Shown piece by piece: positions 52,690-64,000 of a DNA stretch of 64,000 bases (the first letter of the stretch is position 1; the number at the start of each line of letters is the position of its first letter). The DNA is taken from NCBI GenBank assembly GCA_013265495.1, contig MU061579.1:3913749-3977748 (forward strand), written 5' to 3'. Position numbers and translations under genes: made by a program. A model generated the notes under the pieces. That model had not been told where the DNA came from and made no database searches. It saw only the letters and a list, made by a program, of their open reading frames with translations. The DNA is from Vicugna vicugna. Its lineage: Eukaryota.

Positions 52690-55530
52690 TATAAATAGAA
52701 GCTATTACTATTTTTAATATTTTAGAATAGATATTATCAAATGATGTCTCAAAATAAATGATTAATACTTCGATTACTTACTGTCTTACCTCCTTTTCTC
52801 TTTTTCTTTTTCTTACACTCACACATGCATACTCAAATTCATGCACTTCTTCCAACTACCCAGTATAATTATATTTTAAATTTTAGGTTGTTCAATACTT
52901 ACTGTTTATGTTACCAGAATTATGTAAATACTATTATTAAGAGTTGAGTCATGTAGAATACTACAATTATATATCTTTTCTTAATATAAATATTTGTTTT
53001 CTCTGAAGTTGATAGTTGTCTCGTATTACCATTGGTTTAATTTCTATAAATTTATCAGCATCTTACATTAAGACTTTTTGCTAGTAGTTAAAATCTTCTC
53101 AGTATGTCTTAACAGACCAAGCAGACTATCAGTGTTCTCCTCTCATTAAAGACTTAAAGCTCTCTCTTCTGCTTACTGCTTCTCTCTGAAAAGGCAGCTT
53201 CAGACTTGAAATGTCATCATTTTCTGGGAATCTGTTTTCTCGTTTGTCATGGGGATTCCCATGGTTTCTCTCCTTTTCCTAGATTTTAGTATTTAGACAT
53301 CTTGGCTTACTAATTTGTTTTGATGGGAAAAAAAATACTTCAATAGTTCCTTGAAGAAAACCACATAGAAAAATTAATATTTTGCATGTGTTTAAATGAT
53401 TAATTTATCCTTGTCTTGGTTTTGTATAAAATTCTTGATTGGACTTTATTTTTCTCAGAATTTCAAAGTCATTGTACTGTTTCTTCTAGGTTTCATTGTA
53501 GCAATTTGACAAATCCAATGCCATTTTGTGTCTATATGCCTTTTTTCTTAAATTCCTGGATGCTTTTAGCATGGATTTGTCTTGAATTTTATGGCTACGT
53601 AAAGTGACTTTCTGAATTTTTGCCCTTCCATTGTGGTAAGTACACTGTCCATCAGTTCTTGAAAATGTGTGTTTGTGTGTGTGTTTAATATACTTCCTGT
53701 CTGTTTTGTTTAGGGGCTAGTTATGCTCAGAGATTGAGATTGTCTTGCCAATTGTTTCTTTAACATAGTCATGTTTGCTGTGGTATTTATCAGAATTTCA
53801 CAGGCTAATAGCATATAGGATAATGTCCTTAATAAGATGATCAAGAAATAACATAATCCAAGTAAATGATAAATTAATTACACTATTGTTCCAGGCAGTG
53901 GGAGGTGGTAGAAATAAAGTCCATGTTTAGTTGAGCTCTATGTTTTATACAAGTTTGGTTTCTCCAGAGAGCCAGCTTACACGGAACCGACTTTCAGCTG
54001 CCAGTGCAAAAATCCAAGCTGCTTGTTGCTAAAGCTCATTGCTAGGGAATGAAAGCACAAGGTTGGCGAGCAGTCTAGCCTACACCCAGGGTTATTATCC
54101 CTCCAGAGACCTGTCTGCACCATTGCCGAGGAGGGACTTACTCAGGTAGGAACGGATGTCTCTTCTCTTCCTGAGACTGTTGCACAGTTCAATACCACTG
54201 CCAACTAAGAGTAGCCTGGCCATGGCAGGAGCAAGCGTCTCAGGATCTTCAGAGAGCTAGGTCAGTAAAGGGTAGCTTTTCCCTGAACGAAACTCAAAAT
54301 AGCCCTCACAAACTCTCAGTATTTATAGTCTGCATGTCCCCGCATCATAGTTGCTTCCATGTCTCTTTTTATTAATAAGCCCCCAGCACAGCCCCTTAGC
54401 AGCTGAACTGCTAAATGCTTATCAGAGACAACAGATGAGATGATGACATTCTAACCCAACTTACTTCATTCTTATTTCAAAGCAACTTTACTTCAGAACA
54501 TAAGATTTTGTGTTTTTTTGGTCATAAACAAGTGGACTAAAACAATTTTACTTAACAAGTAGATTGAAATTATATGAAACCAATATTCAACACTGTCATT
54601 TTCAATGTCATCATTTTTTAGAATTCTGAGTATTTACATCTGTAATGCCTATACTGAGTCTATAGTTTTTTTTAATCATTTCTTTGCCATTTCATCTGTC
54701 TCATTTTTAATGTTTTACTCTTTTAGTGGTACCGCATCCTTATCTTGTAATAAATAGTAAGACTTCTTTTGCTTGTACGAATGATCATTTTTATAGTCTT
54801 CTCTTATGCCATGATTGCAGTACCTTTTCCACTATCTCATTTACCTTATTTACTCTTTTTGTTTTAGATTTTTTATCATTCTTTTTACTCTCTTTTTTCA
54901 AAGTTCCTAATTTTTCTTTGTTTATAATGATCTTCATCTTATATGTTAGACCCTTAGATACCCATGAATCATATAAAATTTTTGCCTTTACTACTATATA
55001 GATGTTTTCTCCATTAATGAATCTTTTAATCCCATATCTAGGGTCATAAACCTGGCTGCTATCTTTATGTAAGTTGTTGCAGTTAACTTGATTTTAACCT
55101 GTATTTTCTCTATGACCCTTGATCTCACTTGTAACTGAAGACTCCAGTCCAAAGTTTAGTTGAAATTCCAGTTGAACTTTCCAGAGAGTAAAACTTCAGT
55201 TTTAGGTCTGGGTGGATGGGGGAATATGTGATTTCAATCACTTCAGTTTTCAGTCTTTATTCTTTGTTTTAGCCACACATGTATCCACCCTTGTCATTAC
55301 TTTTTTAGCTTTACTGTCTTTTTCAGTGCTAGATATGAACAGTTTTCTCTTATTTCTAGCTTAAAGTTGGTCTTTTAGGTTTTAGTTTTCCCTGTTCTGC
55401 TAAGCCACTTTAAACTTATTTATCTGCTTTTCATATTTTTAAATGATTTAAAGTGTCTTTTCCTGTTCTTTGCTCATGAAGCATTTATTAGTTTACAACA
55501 ATTTTAGTTGGACATCAAAGTAAATTGATA
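52690..55530 (-). mobile_element. Old L1M fragments with an LTR-like insert (~53886-54450)
   Basis: T-rich antisense L1 character; the internal segment is more GC-rich and LTR-like. Confidence 0.5.
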
Positions 55531-55643
55531 TGTTTGATTAACCACAATTAGTTGATACTGAAGCACTATTTAGAAAAAGTGTAAACTACCATCAACCAAG
55601 CTAAACATAATCTTTCCTTTTGTGTTAATATGTATGAATTTCC

Positions 55644-56035
55644 TGTAGTAGGTTGAATAATTGCCACTGCAAGATATCAGGACCTAATCTGTGGAACTAG
55701 TAAATGTTATCGTATTATGAAGAAGGATTTTTTTCAATTTATTAAATTAAGTATCTTGAAATTGGGAGATTATCCTGGATTGTTTCGGGTGTCTCCTAAA
55801 TGCAGCACAGTGACCTTATAAGAGAGAGGCAAAGGGAAATATGATACAGATAAAGGAGAAGTTACACACACACAGAAAAAAGTAATGTGAAATCAGAAGC
55901 TGAAAGAAACAAAGAATGGAATCTGTGAAAGCCCCCAGAGGTGCTGTGACCAAACAAACACTTTGATTCGCACAGTGAAACTGATTTTGGACTTCTGGCC
56001 TCAAGAATTGTGAGACAATTCATTTCTGTTGTTTA
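55644..56035 (+). mobile_element. MaLR LTR (MLT1D-like)
   Basis: tgtagtaggttgaataat...gggagattatcctggatt...ttttggacttctggcctc. Confidence 0.8.
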
Positions 56036-56419
56036 GCACAAATGTATCTATACTGTCCCATGTATATATCTATGTATCTAGACTTTAGATTTGTCCCTCT
56101 TCAAAACTATGGTTCAACTGATTAAAAAAAATTAGATATAACTTAACAATGGTAAAACAAAACCACATTTCTGTGTGACAAGACCATATACCATAACCAT
56201 CCTAAATGAATAGGTTTAATGCAATGAAAATCAAAATCCCATCAAGAATTTACAAAGGATTTTAATATTTATTTGAGAGTGAAAATGGGAAGACTAACTC
56301 AAAACAACTTGAATAAATTAGGACATAAAATTGCTGTATGGGTAGAGATTATGTCTTACCATAATATATTCCATGTAACATTCTATTAATAGTTTAGAGT
56401 GAATGAAAATGAGAAATGA

Positions 56420-57160
56420 GATAGGCAGAATTCTAAGATGATACCCAAGATTTCTAGACCTAAATATACACATTCCTGTATAATTCCTTCCCCTTAGTGT
56501 AGCGGGGGCTTGTGAATGTGATATGATTTCACTCCTATAATTATCAATTATATTTATCAGTTATGTGATAACATTTACTGGTTTCACAGATTAGGACCTG
56601 ACATCTTGTGGTGGCTATTATTCAGCCTACCACAGGAAATCCACACATACTTAACCATAATTAATTGATACTGAAGCATTACTTAGAAAAATTGTATGCT
56701 ATTGTCAACCAAGCTAAACTTAATCTTTCCCTCTGTGTTAGTATATATGCCTTTAAAAGAGGGATTGGGTCCTTCATGAAGAGAGAATTTTGAAGTCAGA
56801 GATTCTGCTGATTCTGAAACAAAAAAACAAACAAACAAAAACACGACAACAAATGTCATCTGTATGGGCTGTGTGGTTTGGACTTGAGGGCACTCTCTAG
56901 GACCTGAGAGCCACCCGACCTACAGCAATCAAGAAAATGAGAACAGAGTCCTATAACTATGACGAACTGAATTCTTACCAACAATAAGTCAAGGTTCTAG
57001 TTGAGAATGTGGCCTAGCCAAAGCCTTGATTACAGCCTTGTGGAGAACTCAGCAGAGGACTCAGGCCATACCCAAGCATATGTCCCACAGTACTGTGAGA
57101 TAATAAATTAAACTGCTATGTTTGTAGTTATTTGGAACATAGGAATAGAAAACTAATCTA
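56420..57160 (+). mobile_element. MaLR LTR (MLT1E/F-like) with internal templated insertion
   Basis: ggcagaattctaagatg...gaactgaattctt...gtgagataataaatt...aatagaaaactaat. Confidence 0.7.
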
Positions 57161-59512
57161 AGAAGGAACTTGCTCAAATTGGTATTAAACATATCATAAA
57201 TGTTCAATAATTAGAAGGTTTTTCTTACATAAGATTTAATTGGAAGATCAATGGCTCTAATTAGAAATAGACATAATTTTATATATCTAAATTTTATTTG
57301 TAAGAAATGTACATTATTAGCTAGATTAGAAAGAACATTTATTCGGTAAATGGCCTTAACGTCTAATTATTACATCTAATTAGAACATCTAATTATTTTT
57401 GATATTAAAAAATAGCTAATCACATGGTATGTTTTAAAATATATTACAGATTGATTAATACTTTAAATGAAAGAGATAAACTGACAAAATAGTGGAAAAT
57501 AAGGTTGAATATTTTTTCTGAACTAAAGAAAGGGAAACATTTCCCATATGTTAATAGCAAATGGAGAACTCCCAAGGACAATACATGCAATGATGACCCT
57601 ATCTGTTTTATGTTTTAACAAGGTAGACTACAATAAATAAATCCGTTTGACAAACTGACATATTTAAATTACTTTCACTCAAAGATCAAAAACTTAGAGA
57701 GATCCATGAAAATATATTTAAAACATGTATTGAAAACAATACAAATTGTGCACGCCTAGTAAAAACATGGCCAGTAGCCTTGTTCCACATGCATCATAAC
57801 CTGCCCTGGACTATTGCCCTATCTACGTAAACTGCTACATTATATCATCATTAGTATATGTATAATGGTGTCCCACTCCAAAGCCATTGAATAGTGAAAC
57901 AGGCTGATACCTAACTCAGTGGTTTGCCAATTTATGGCCTGGCTCAGACAGAGAAGTTGTAACAGTAAAATCCTTTTCAAAAATTTGACACAAGAGCCAC
58001 AGAGACTATTGTCCCTTTTTCGAGCACTGAACTAAGGGATCTAGGTCTGCCTTTTCATGGCCTTGTGTGCCTAATGAGTAAAGTGAGAGACAGACAGAGA
58101 GAAAGGAAGGAAAAGAAAGTAACGAAGAAAGAAAAGATAAAGAACAAAAGAGAACAGAACAGAAAAGGCAAAGATGATGAGAGAATAGTTCCAAGGAAGG
58201 GAAAAGGGAAGAAGAGAATATTTAGAAAAGATTAAACACGCAGGGTCTGAGTATTGCAAAGCACAACACCCATGAGGACGTACAGAGAAGAGAGGAAGGC
58301 ATCCCAAGCTATGGAGATTGGTGTGTACAGATCATATTTGGAAAATAAGAGGAGCATGTGAAAACCACAGAGGAACCGTAGATCATGAGAAAGCAAAAGA
58401 GCTGAGAAAAGTCTTACCTAAATAATCTGGTATTAGAAAGTTGTATTTAATAATTACTTTCTGGGCAACAAAATATTGAACAATGTAGGAGAAATGATGC
58501 GTACCTCTAGTTGATGACCTGTGTGTATAAGCCTGCTACAGAAACTACTCAAGAAGTAATACAAAACTTACTTACCTTTCCTACTCTCTTGTGCATCAAG
58601 GAAAGACAAAGATAAATTACAATAGACAATTTTCTCTCATCTGTTAAGTTTTCCATCAAATTCCTGGAATTTCTTTAGGTCATTTTGGAACATGCTAACA
58701 ATCTATGTATTTAACTTTTACTTTGTTAGTTTTATTATGAAGATCTATTTTAACACTAATTCACAGAACTTGATACATTGTTCAGTTTCTATATTTTAAT
58801 CTGATGCTTTGGGGATAAGATTCTGGTAGTAGGTATGTTAGAGATATTGATTATAATTTTAAAGATGTGTTTTTAATGCACGTATGATATCCTTGCTTGT
58901 AAATTTCTTGACCTTTACCTGCCTTCCATCATTTTCTAAGGAACCCTAGTTCCTTTTAGTGAAATAGGCTTTTGAAGATCCCAATCTGGTTCAGTAGGGT
59001 TACTCATTGTTACTGGGTTGTTTTTACTTTTAGGACCTTGTAGTGTGCAGAGCTTGAAAATAAGTATTTTTTTGAAAGAAAGGAAAATTGAATCCTGAGT
59101 TTACACTGTTTATACTTCAAATATAAAGTTGTAGGATTTTTCTTCTACATTTTATGTTTCATTTCTCTACTACCTACTATTGTTTCAGCCACACTTATTC
59201 TGTTAATAATATTATAGTAATGTACTTTCATTAGATCCCAAGAAATTCAGTTTATTTTCCATAGAAATAAAACTCTGTCATTTTATGTAAATAATGTACA
59301 CATTTTCTTTAAAAATAATTAAGTTTTATAATCATATTGCTTTTATAATAATTTGCATGCTGTTATATATAGTAAATATGTTATATATAATAAAGGGAAC
59401 ACACACAGAACTGGCACAAAGAGATTTATGAACAACATAATTAACTCTTTGTAAGCACTGGACTTTATTTATGGTAAATACAAGGTACTATTGAAAACTA
59501 CCTAAATAGCTT

Positions 59513-59843
59513 TGTAAAAAATTAGTAAAGGAAAACCTCAATAAATAGAGTCATGATCAGAAGGAGGAACTTTCATGCTCTGAGGCAATAGCAGAGCCTA
59601 ACAAGAAAAAGTAAAACTCCTCCTCTTCCTTGCAAGAACTCAGCCAATGAAAGCCATGGACTCTGTTTATTACTCCCAACTTCTTTTACTCTCTATAGAA
59701 GCATTCTCTCCCTCTGCTGTGTAGGGACTTGCATGTGGCTCACCATGGTTACAGACCCCTAACTGCAGTTCTTTACTGATCCTGATTAAACCCGTCTTTG
59801 CTGGAGAAATATCTGGCAGTCTGTTATTTGTCTCAGGGCAACA
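59513..59843 (+). mobile_element. ERV solo LTR with GCTT TSD
   Basis: gctt|tgtaaaaa...gggcaaca|gctt. Confidence 0.82.
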
Positions 59844-61290
59844 GCTTCAGGCATGTTACAAAGTAAAAAAAATAAAATAAAATAAAAAATAAGGTGATGT
59901 GGGTAAGTGGAATTTTTGAAGATAGCTTCCACTGTTTAATTAGGGAGAATTTCCATCTTCACCTATGTCACATTTGTTTAAGCTTCCTTTTTGATTCGTA
60001 TTAGAGTTAAGTAATAATACTCACACAGTCCTGTATATTTGGAGTTGTTTCTTCCCAGTGTTTTTAAAGTTTATTTGTAAATGTAAATGGTATCTATGTT
60101 TCCATTACACTTTGTTATCTAGGCAAAATCTGCTTTTATTAAAGTTGATGCATCTGTTTTGAGATTCTTTCTCCTTTCCAATCCATATTCTATACTCCTG
60201 TCAAATCAGTCTTTTAGAATATAATTTATTCATTTCATTTATAAAAACTATTAAAGTTATGAGATAAAAATAATCTGAACTCATGGAAGACATCTCTATT
60301 GATAGTTAATTTCCCTTATTTTCTTATTATAAATTAATATTAAATAATCCATAAATTAAGTGCTTAATTTGCTACATTTACCAGCAGAGATTTAATCCCT
60401 AATTAATTGATTTGTTTCATTTCTTTTGAAATATTTATCATAATAACACTTAATGGCTTATAGTCTTGGTAGTAATGGTGGAGGAGCTGATAAATTTTAG
60501 GTTTAAAATTTAGTGGTGATCTGATCCATCCGGGTGAAAATGAACAAGTGATGATGTCATAGTGGCTAAATCCACTTGATTTGTAGAGTGTAATATGAAT
60601 AATTACATAAAAAAATTTAGTGCAACTTAGAGCAATGATTTATAAATTCCGAATTTTTCATTGCTTTTGTTATAAGCCCTTTTGTCTGTTGCTGTCTTTG
60701 GTCAGATAACTCCTTTCAACCTTTAATTACAATCACATTGAGAGGGAGACAAATGAACAAATAAATGGGTAGAAAGGTTGCAACTATTTATTTGAAATTT
60801 ATTTATTTGAAATTATAGTGTATAAACTTCACAAGACAGTTTCACTCCCAGATAGTTGCCTCTTCCTAGCTAAACACTTACCAGGTAGCCTAACATTCTG
60901 AAAGACTAGGGAGTGAAGATTCTGCATGAAACTGGCTGCATATTTTTTGTGACCCTTGAATCAGTTTTCCTGTCTCAGATTATACTTCATATAATACAGA
61001 ACCTCTTATTTGTCCCCTTTGCTGCATTATAGAACCAATATTGTCCAGATGTAACCCAAAATAATGATTGTTTCTTTTTCTCTTTTTTTTTTTTTGTTCT
61101 GAGAAATGTTCTTTTATTTTTTCAAGATAAGCTACTCTCATGGCAGTTGGCAGTCAGTGTAAAAGTAGTAAAATCCTATCAAATGTCAGCACTCAATTAA
61201 CAGTGAAGTTTCAGCAAACTCTATTTGTGTCCACATTCTATTTTATATACAGGCTTAAAGTTGTGATTCATTTTTTAGCATCGCATATAC

Positions 61291-61631
61291 AATTGAAACC
61301 CTGTAAAAGACAAGAATAAAAGGCAGAAATGATCAGTTTGAATGTAAAAATAAATATTTTTACCTATAGGAAGCCATCCTATTTCTTGCTTGAGGGAATT
61401 GAATACCCTGTAACATAATGTAATCTTTAAAAGCATAATGGCACAGAGACAACTCTGAATATAGTGCGCAAATTCTGACATTGACAAATTGTCCAAGAGT
61501 CGATGGAATATAAATGGGACTGACAAACTTTCCTATTCCATTGACGTTTAGGTACTTTAAAAATCAAACTGCTCAAATCATTTTAATGCTAGTACTCATG
61601 CAAGATTTTTAAAGCCTGTTTTTAAAAAAGT
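61291..61631 (-). pseudogene. Relic exon A
   Basis: Acceptor tgttttcag|ACT, donor CAATT|gtatat, 341 nt in one frame with stops. IFHRLLD~ILNKYLE, EFAH~ETSH, SLKQEIGWLPIGKN~SLSSKARWLAEELN. Confidence 0.6.
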
Positions 61632-61980
61632 CTGAAAACACAATATTCCATTGTGTTATTATATAAAGTTAGCAAGAAAGAATCTGATATAAATCCAAAT
61701 TTATAAAAAATCACTATTCTAAAAGAACAGAAATGTTGATGTAGTAAAAAAAAAAATAACAGCTACCTCTCCTCTGGCACTAAGAAAAACTTAGCTATCC
61801 ATTAATAACTTCCTCACATTTCTGCAACAACACCTACAAATCTTTCTGTAAACATTGTTAACTTTTTATTCTATCTGTTCCTCTCTGTCCCTTCCAGAGA
61901 ACTCTGTCCCTCTGCCCAGATTCTGTCTGCCTTCTCTAGCACCTTGCATTGTTTAATTATCATATGTTGTTCTTCCTCCC

Positions 61981-62248
61981 TCTCTGTTGAGTCCTTTTCA
62001 TGAAAAAATTAAACTTTCTTTTTTTTATTCTCTCCAATGCCTCAATCTCAAAATAAAAATTTGTTTTCCTCACTCCACATTTTTTCTCCATTTTGTTTAC
62101 TTTATTATAACCTCCACATTTTTCTCCATACTGCACTTCTAACACAGGAGCTGTCAGGGTTTTATTTATTTGCAAAATATTCTTTTAGAATATTGAAATG
62201 TCTAAGGATTCTACTGAAGGCTGTGAGTATTCACAAGACTATGAAATG
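61981..62248 (-). pseudogene. Relic exon Z
   Basis: Acceptor tttcttttctaag|CAT. FSRILRHFNIL~FNSANKAFDVL; after a frameshift LTAPVLEVQYGE~LSLAVLAVRHEE and IKKR~IKRR. The donor appears decayed (AGA|gggagg). Confidence 0.6.
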
Positions 62249-62783
62249 CTTAGAAAAGAAACTTATGTATTAAATTATTAATAGGTACATATCACACCTT
62301 AATAGAATATAATGTATAATTTTAAAATCCTTCCCAAATAGAAAAACCTTGAGTGTGTGTGTGTATAGCAATAAAAGTAGGTACTTGCTACATACAACTA
62401 TTTTTAGTGAAAGAAGAAATTTTAGGTTTGGATAAATAGAAAAGGAAGGGAAAGCTAAAAATTATGAAGATGTCAATTCTCCACAATTAAATTTATAGTT
62501 TTGATACACACAAGATTAATATTCCAACAAATCTGTTCTTGAATTTGTCAAAAACTTTCAAATGTTTATCTTTAAGAAGAAAATAACTGAGAGCATAAAG
62601 GGAAGTTCAGGAATGTTCAGGAGGAAAAGAGCCCTATGTCGTACTATAAATTTGAAATTACATTTTAAAGTTAAAAGAATAATAAGCAGTGTGATAATCA
62701 GAAAGGATAATGATTGTTGATTAATAATTAAAGGATAATTATTATTGACTAATACATTAAAATTGAAAAACAAAAATGCTTTA

Positions 62784-63712
62784 AGACCTAAACAAGCAAT
62801 TCTCCAAGGAAGACATACAAATGATCAATAGGCACATGAAAAAATGCTCCGTATCACTAATTATCAGAGAAATGCAATTCAAAACTACAATAAGGTGTCA
62901 CCTCACACCAGTCATAATGGCCATCATTCAAAAGTCCACAAATGACAAATGCTGGAGAGGCTGTGGAGAAAAGGGATCCCTCCTACACTGCTGGTGGAAA
63001 TGCAGTTTGGTACAGCCACTGTGGAAAACAGCATGGAGATTCCTCAAAAGACTAGGAATAGACTTAATCTTATGACCCAGGAATCCCGCTCCTGGGCTTA
63101 TATCCAGAAGGAACCCTACTTCAGAAAGACACCTACACCCCAATGTTCATAGCAGCACTATTTACAATAGCCAAAACATGGAAACAGCCTAAATGTCCAT
63201 CAACAGGTGACTGGATAAAGAAGAGGTGGTATATTTATACAATGGAATACTACTCAGCCATAAAAACCGACAACATAATGCCATCTGCAGCAACATGGAT
63301 GCTCCTGGAGAATGTCATTCTAAGTGAAGTAAGCCAGAAAGAGAAAGAAAAATACCATATGAGATTTGCTCATATGTGGAATCTAAAAAAAACAAAAAAC
63401 AAAAACCATAAATACAAAACAGAAACAGACTTATAGACATAGAATACAAACTTGTGTTTGCCAAGGGGGTGGGGGTGGGAAGGGATAAACTGTGAGTTCA
63501 AAATTTGTAGATATTGACAGGCATATGTATAATAGGTAAACAAGATTATACTGTATAGCACAGGGAAGTATATACAAGATCTTGTGGTGGCTCACAGCAA
63601 AAAAAAATGTGACAATGAATATATGTATGTTCATATATAACTGAAAACTTGTGCTCTACAGTGGAATTTGACACACCATTGTAAAATGACTGTAACTCAA
63701 TAAAAATGTTTA
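62784..63712 (+). mobile_element. Young 5'-truncated L1 (ORF2 C-terminus and 3' UTR)
   Basis: [20 protein letters not shown]...WYIYTMEYYSAIK; perfect 12-bp TSD aaaaatgcttta. Confidence 0.95.
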
Positions 63713-63836
63713 AAAAATGCTTTATGTAAGGAAAAAACTGAGGCTTTGTTAAATAAAAATTATACATTCTGATAAAGTGATGGATCAATTAATTCCTAAA
63801 CAGTCAATTATCTTTTTTGCAAGGGGAGAGACTAAC

Positions 63837-64000
63837 TTTCAGATAGGTATACCCATAGCAAAGTTATCAGTAACTTCTCCTAGACCTCTGTCTTGATGAC
63901 TGCAAGGCATCTTAGAATCAACCTATCAAAATCCATTGTCTGTTTATACAAGCTTTTTCTTTAATGTTCCCTGTCGGAGGTAATATCATCATAATCCTTC
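63837..64000 (-). pseudogene. Relic exon Y (truncated by window edge)
   Basis: KDYDDITSDREH*RKSLYKQTMDFDRLILRCLAVIKTEV*EKLLITLLWVYLSE, ending GAAA|gttagt. Resembles CCDC141 SDNED...KEWNSAV...YVEKEHLQLSHQKLSQ. Confidence 0.45.

Larger units (their letters stand above)
4233..64000 (-). pseudogene. CCDC141-like: Decayed multi-exon CCDC141-like gene (distant paralog or homolog relic); 5' part lies beyond the window end
   Basis: 13 minus-strand segments translate colinearly to CCDC141-like motifs (human protein from memory, by-eye match). Seven junctions have GT-AG ends and preserve frame. In-frame stops and frameshifts occur throughout. Confidence 0.75.

Noticed and set aside
61301..61363. 63-nt GT-AG intron-like stretch inside relic exon A
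   Set aside because: It has a good pyrimidine tract, but reading through keeps the frame and the CCDC141 register (N..D..F), so I treated it as exonic. Not fully excluded.
4233..64000. Calling this the functional CCDC141 ortholog
   Set aside because: Similarity is only distant and most segments contain stops or frameshifts; a true mammalian ortholog would be highly similar and intact.

Overview
AT-rich, repeat-dense mammalian genomic DNA. It is most likely camelid, judged from a Vic-1-type tRNA-derived SINE at ~18.7 kb and lineage-type L1 3' ends. I can support no intact protein-coding gene. The main finding is a decayed multi-exon gene on the minus strand that spans almost the whole window (64000->4233) and continues past the right edge. 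Thirteen exon-like segments (~3.6 kb) mostly have AG/GT boundaries, and many of their junctions are phase-compatible. By eye they translate in colinear order to a distant homolog of CCDC141/CAMDI (spectrin-like coiled coils, low-complexity linker, Ig domain, hydrophobic tail), with many in-frame stops and several frameshifts. The comparison is to the human CCDC141 protein as I remember it, not a computed alignment. An orphan CpG island with splice donors on both strands lies in one intron of this relic (~35.1-35.6 kb), upstream of the longest stop-free exon. The rest is L1, L2, MIR, MaLR, ERV1 solo LTRs (several with intact 4-bp TSDs and one triple nest), DNA transposons, and a 118-N assembly gap.
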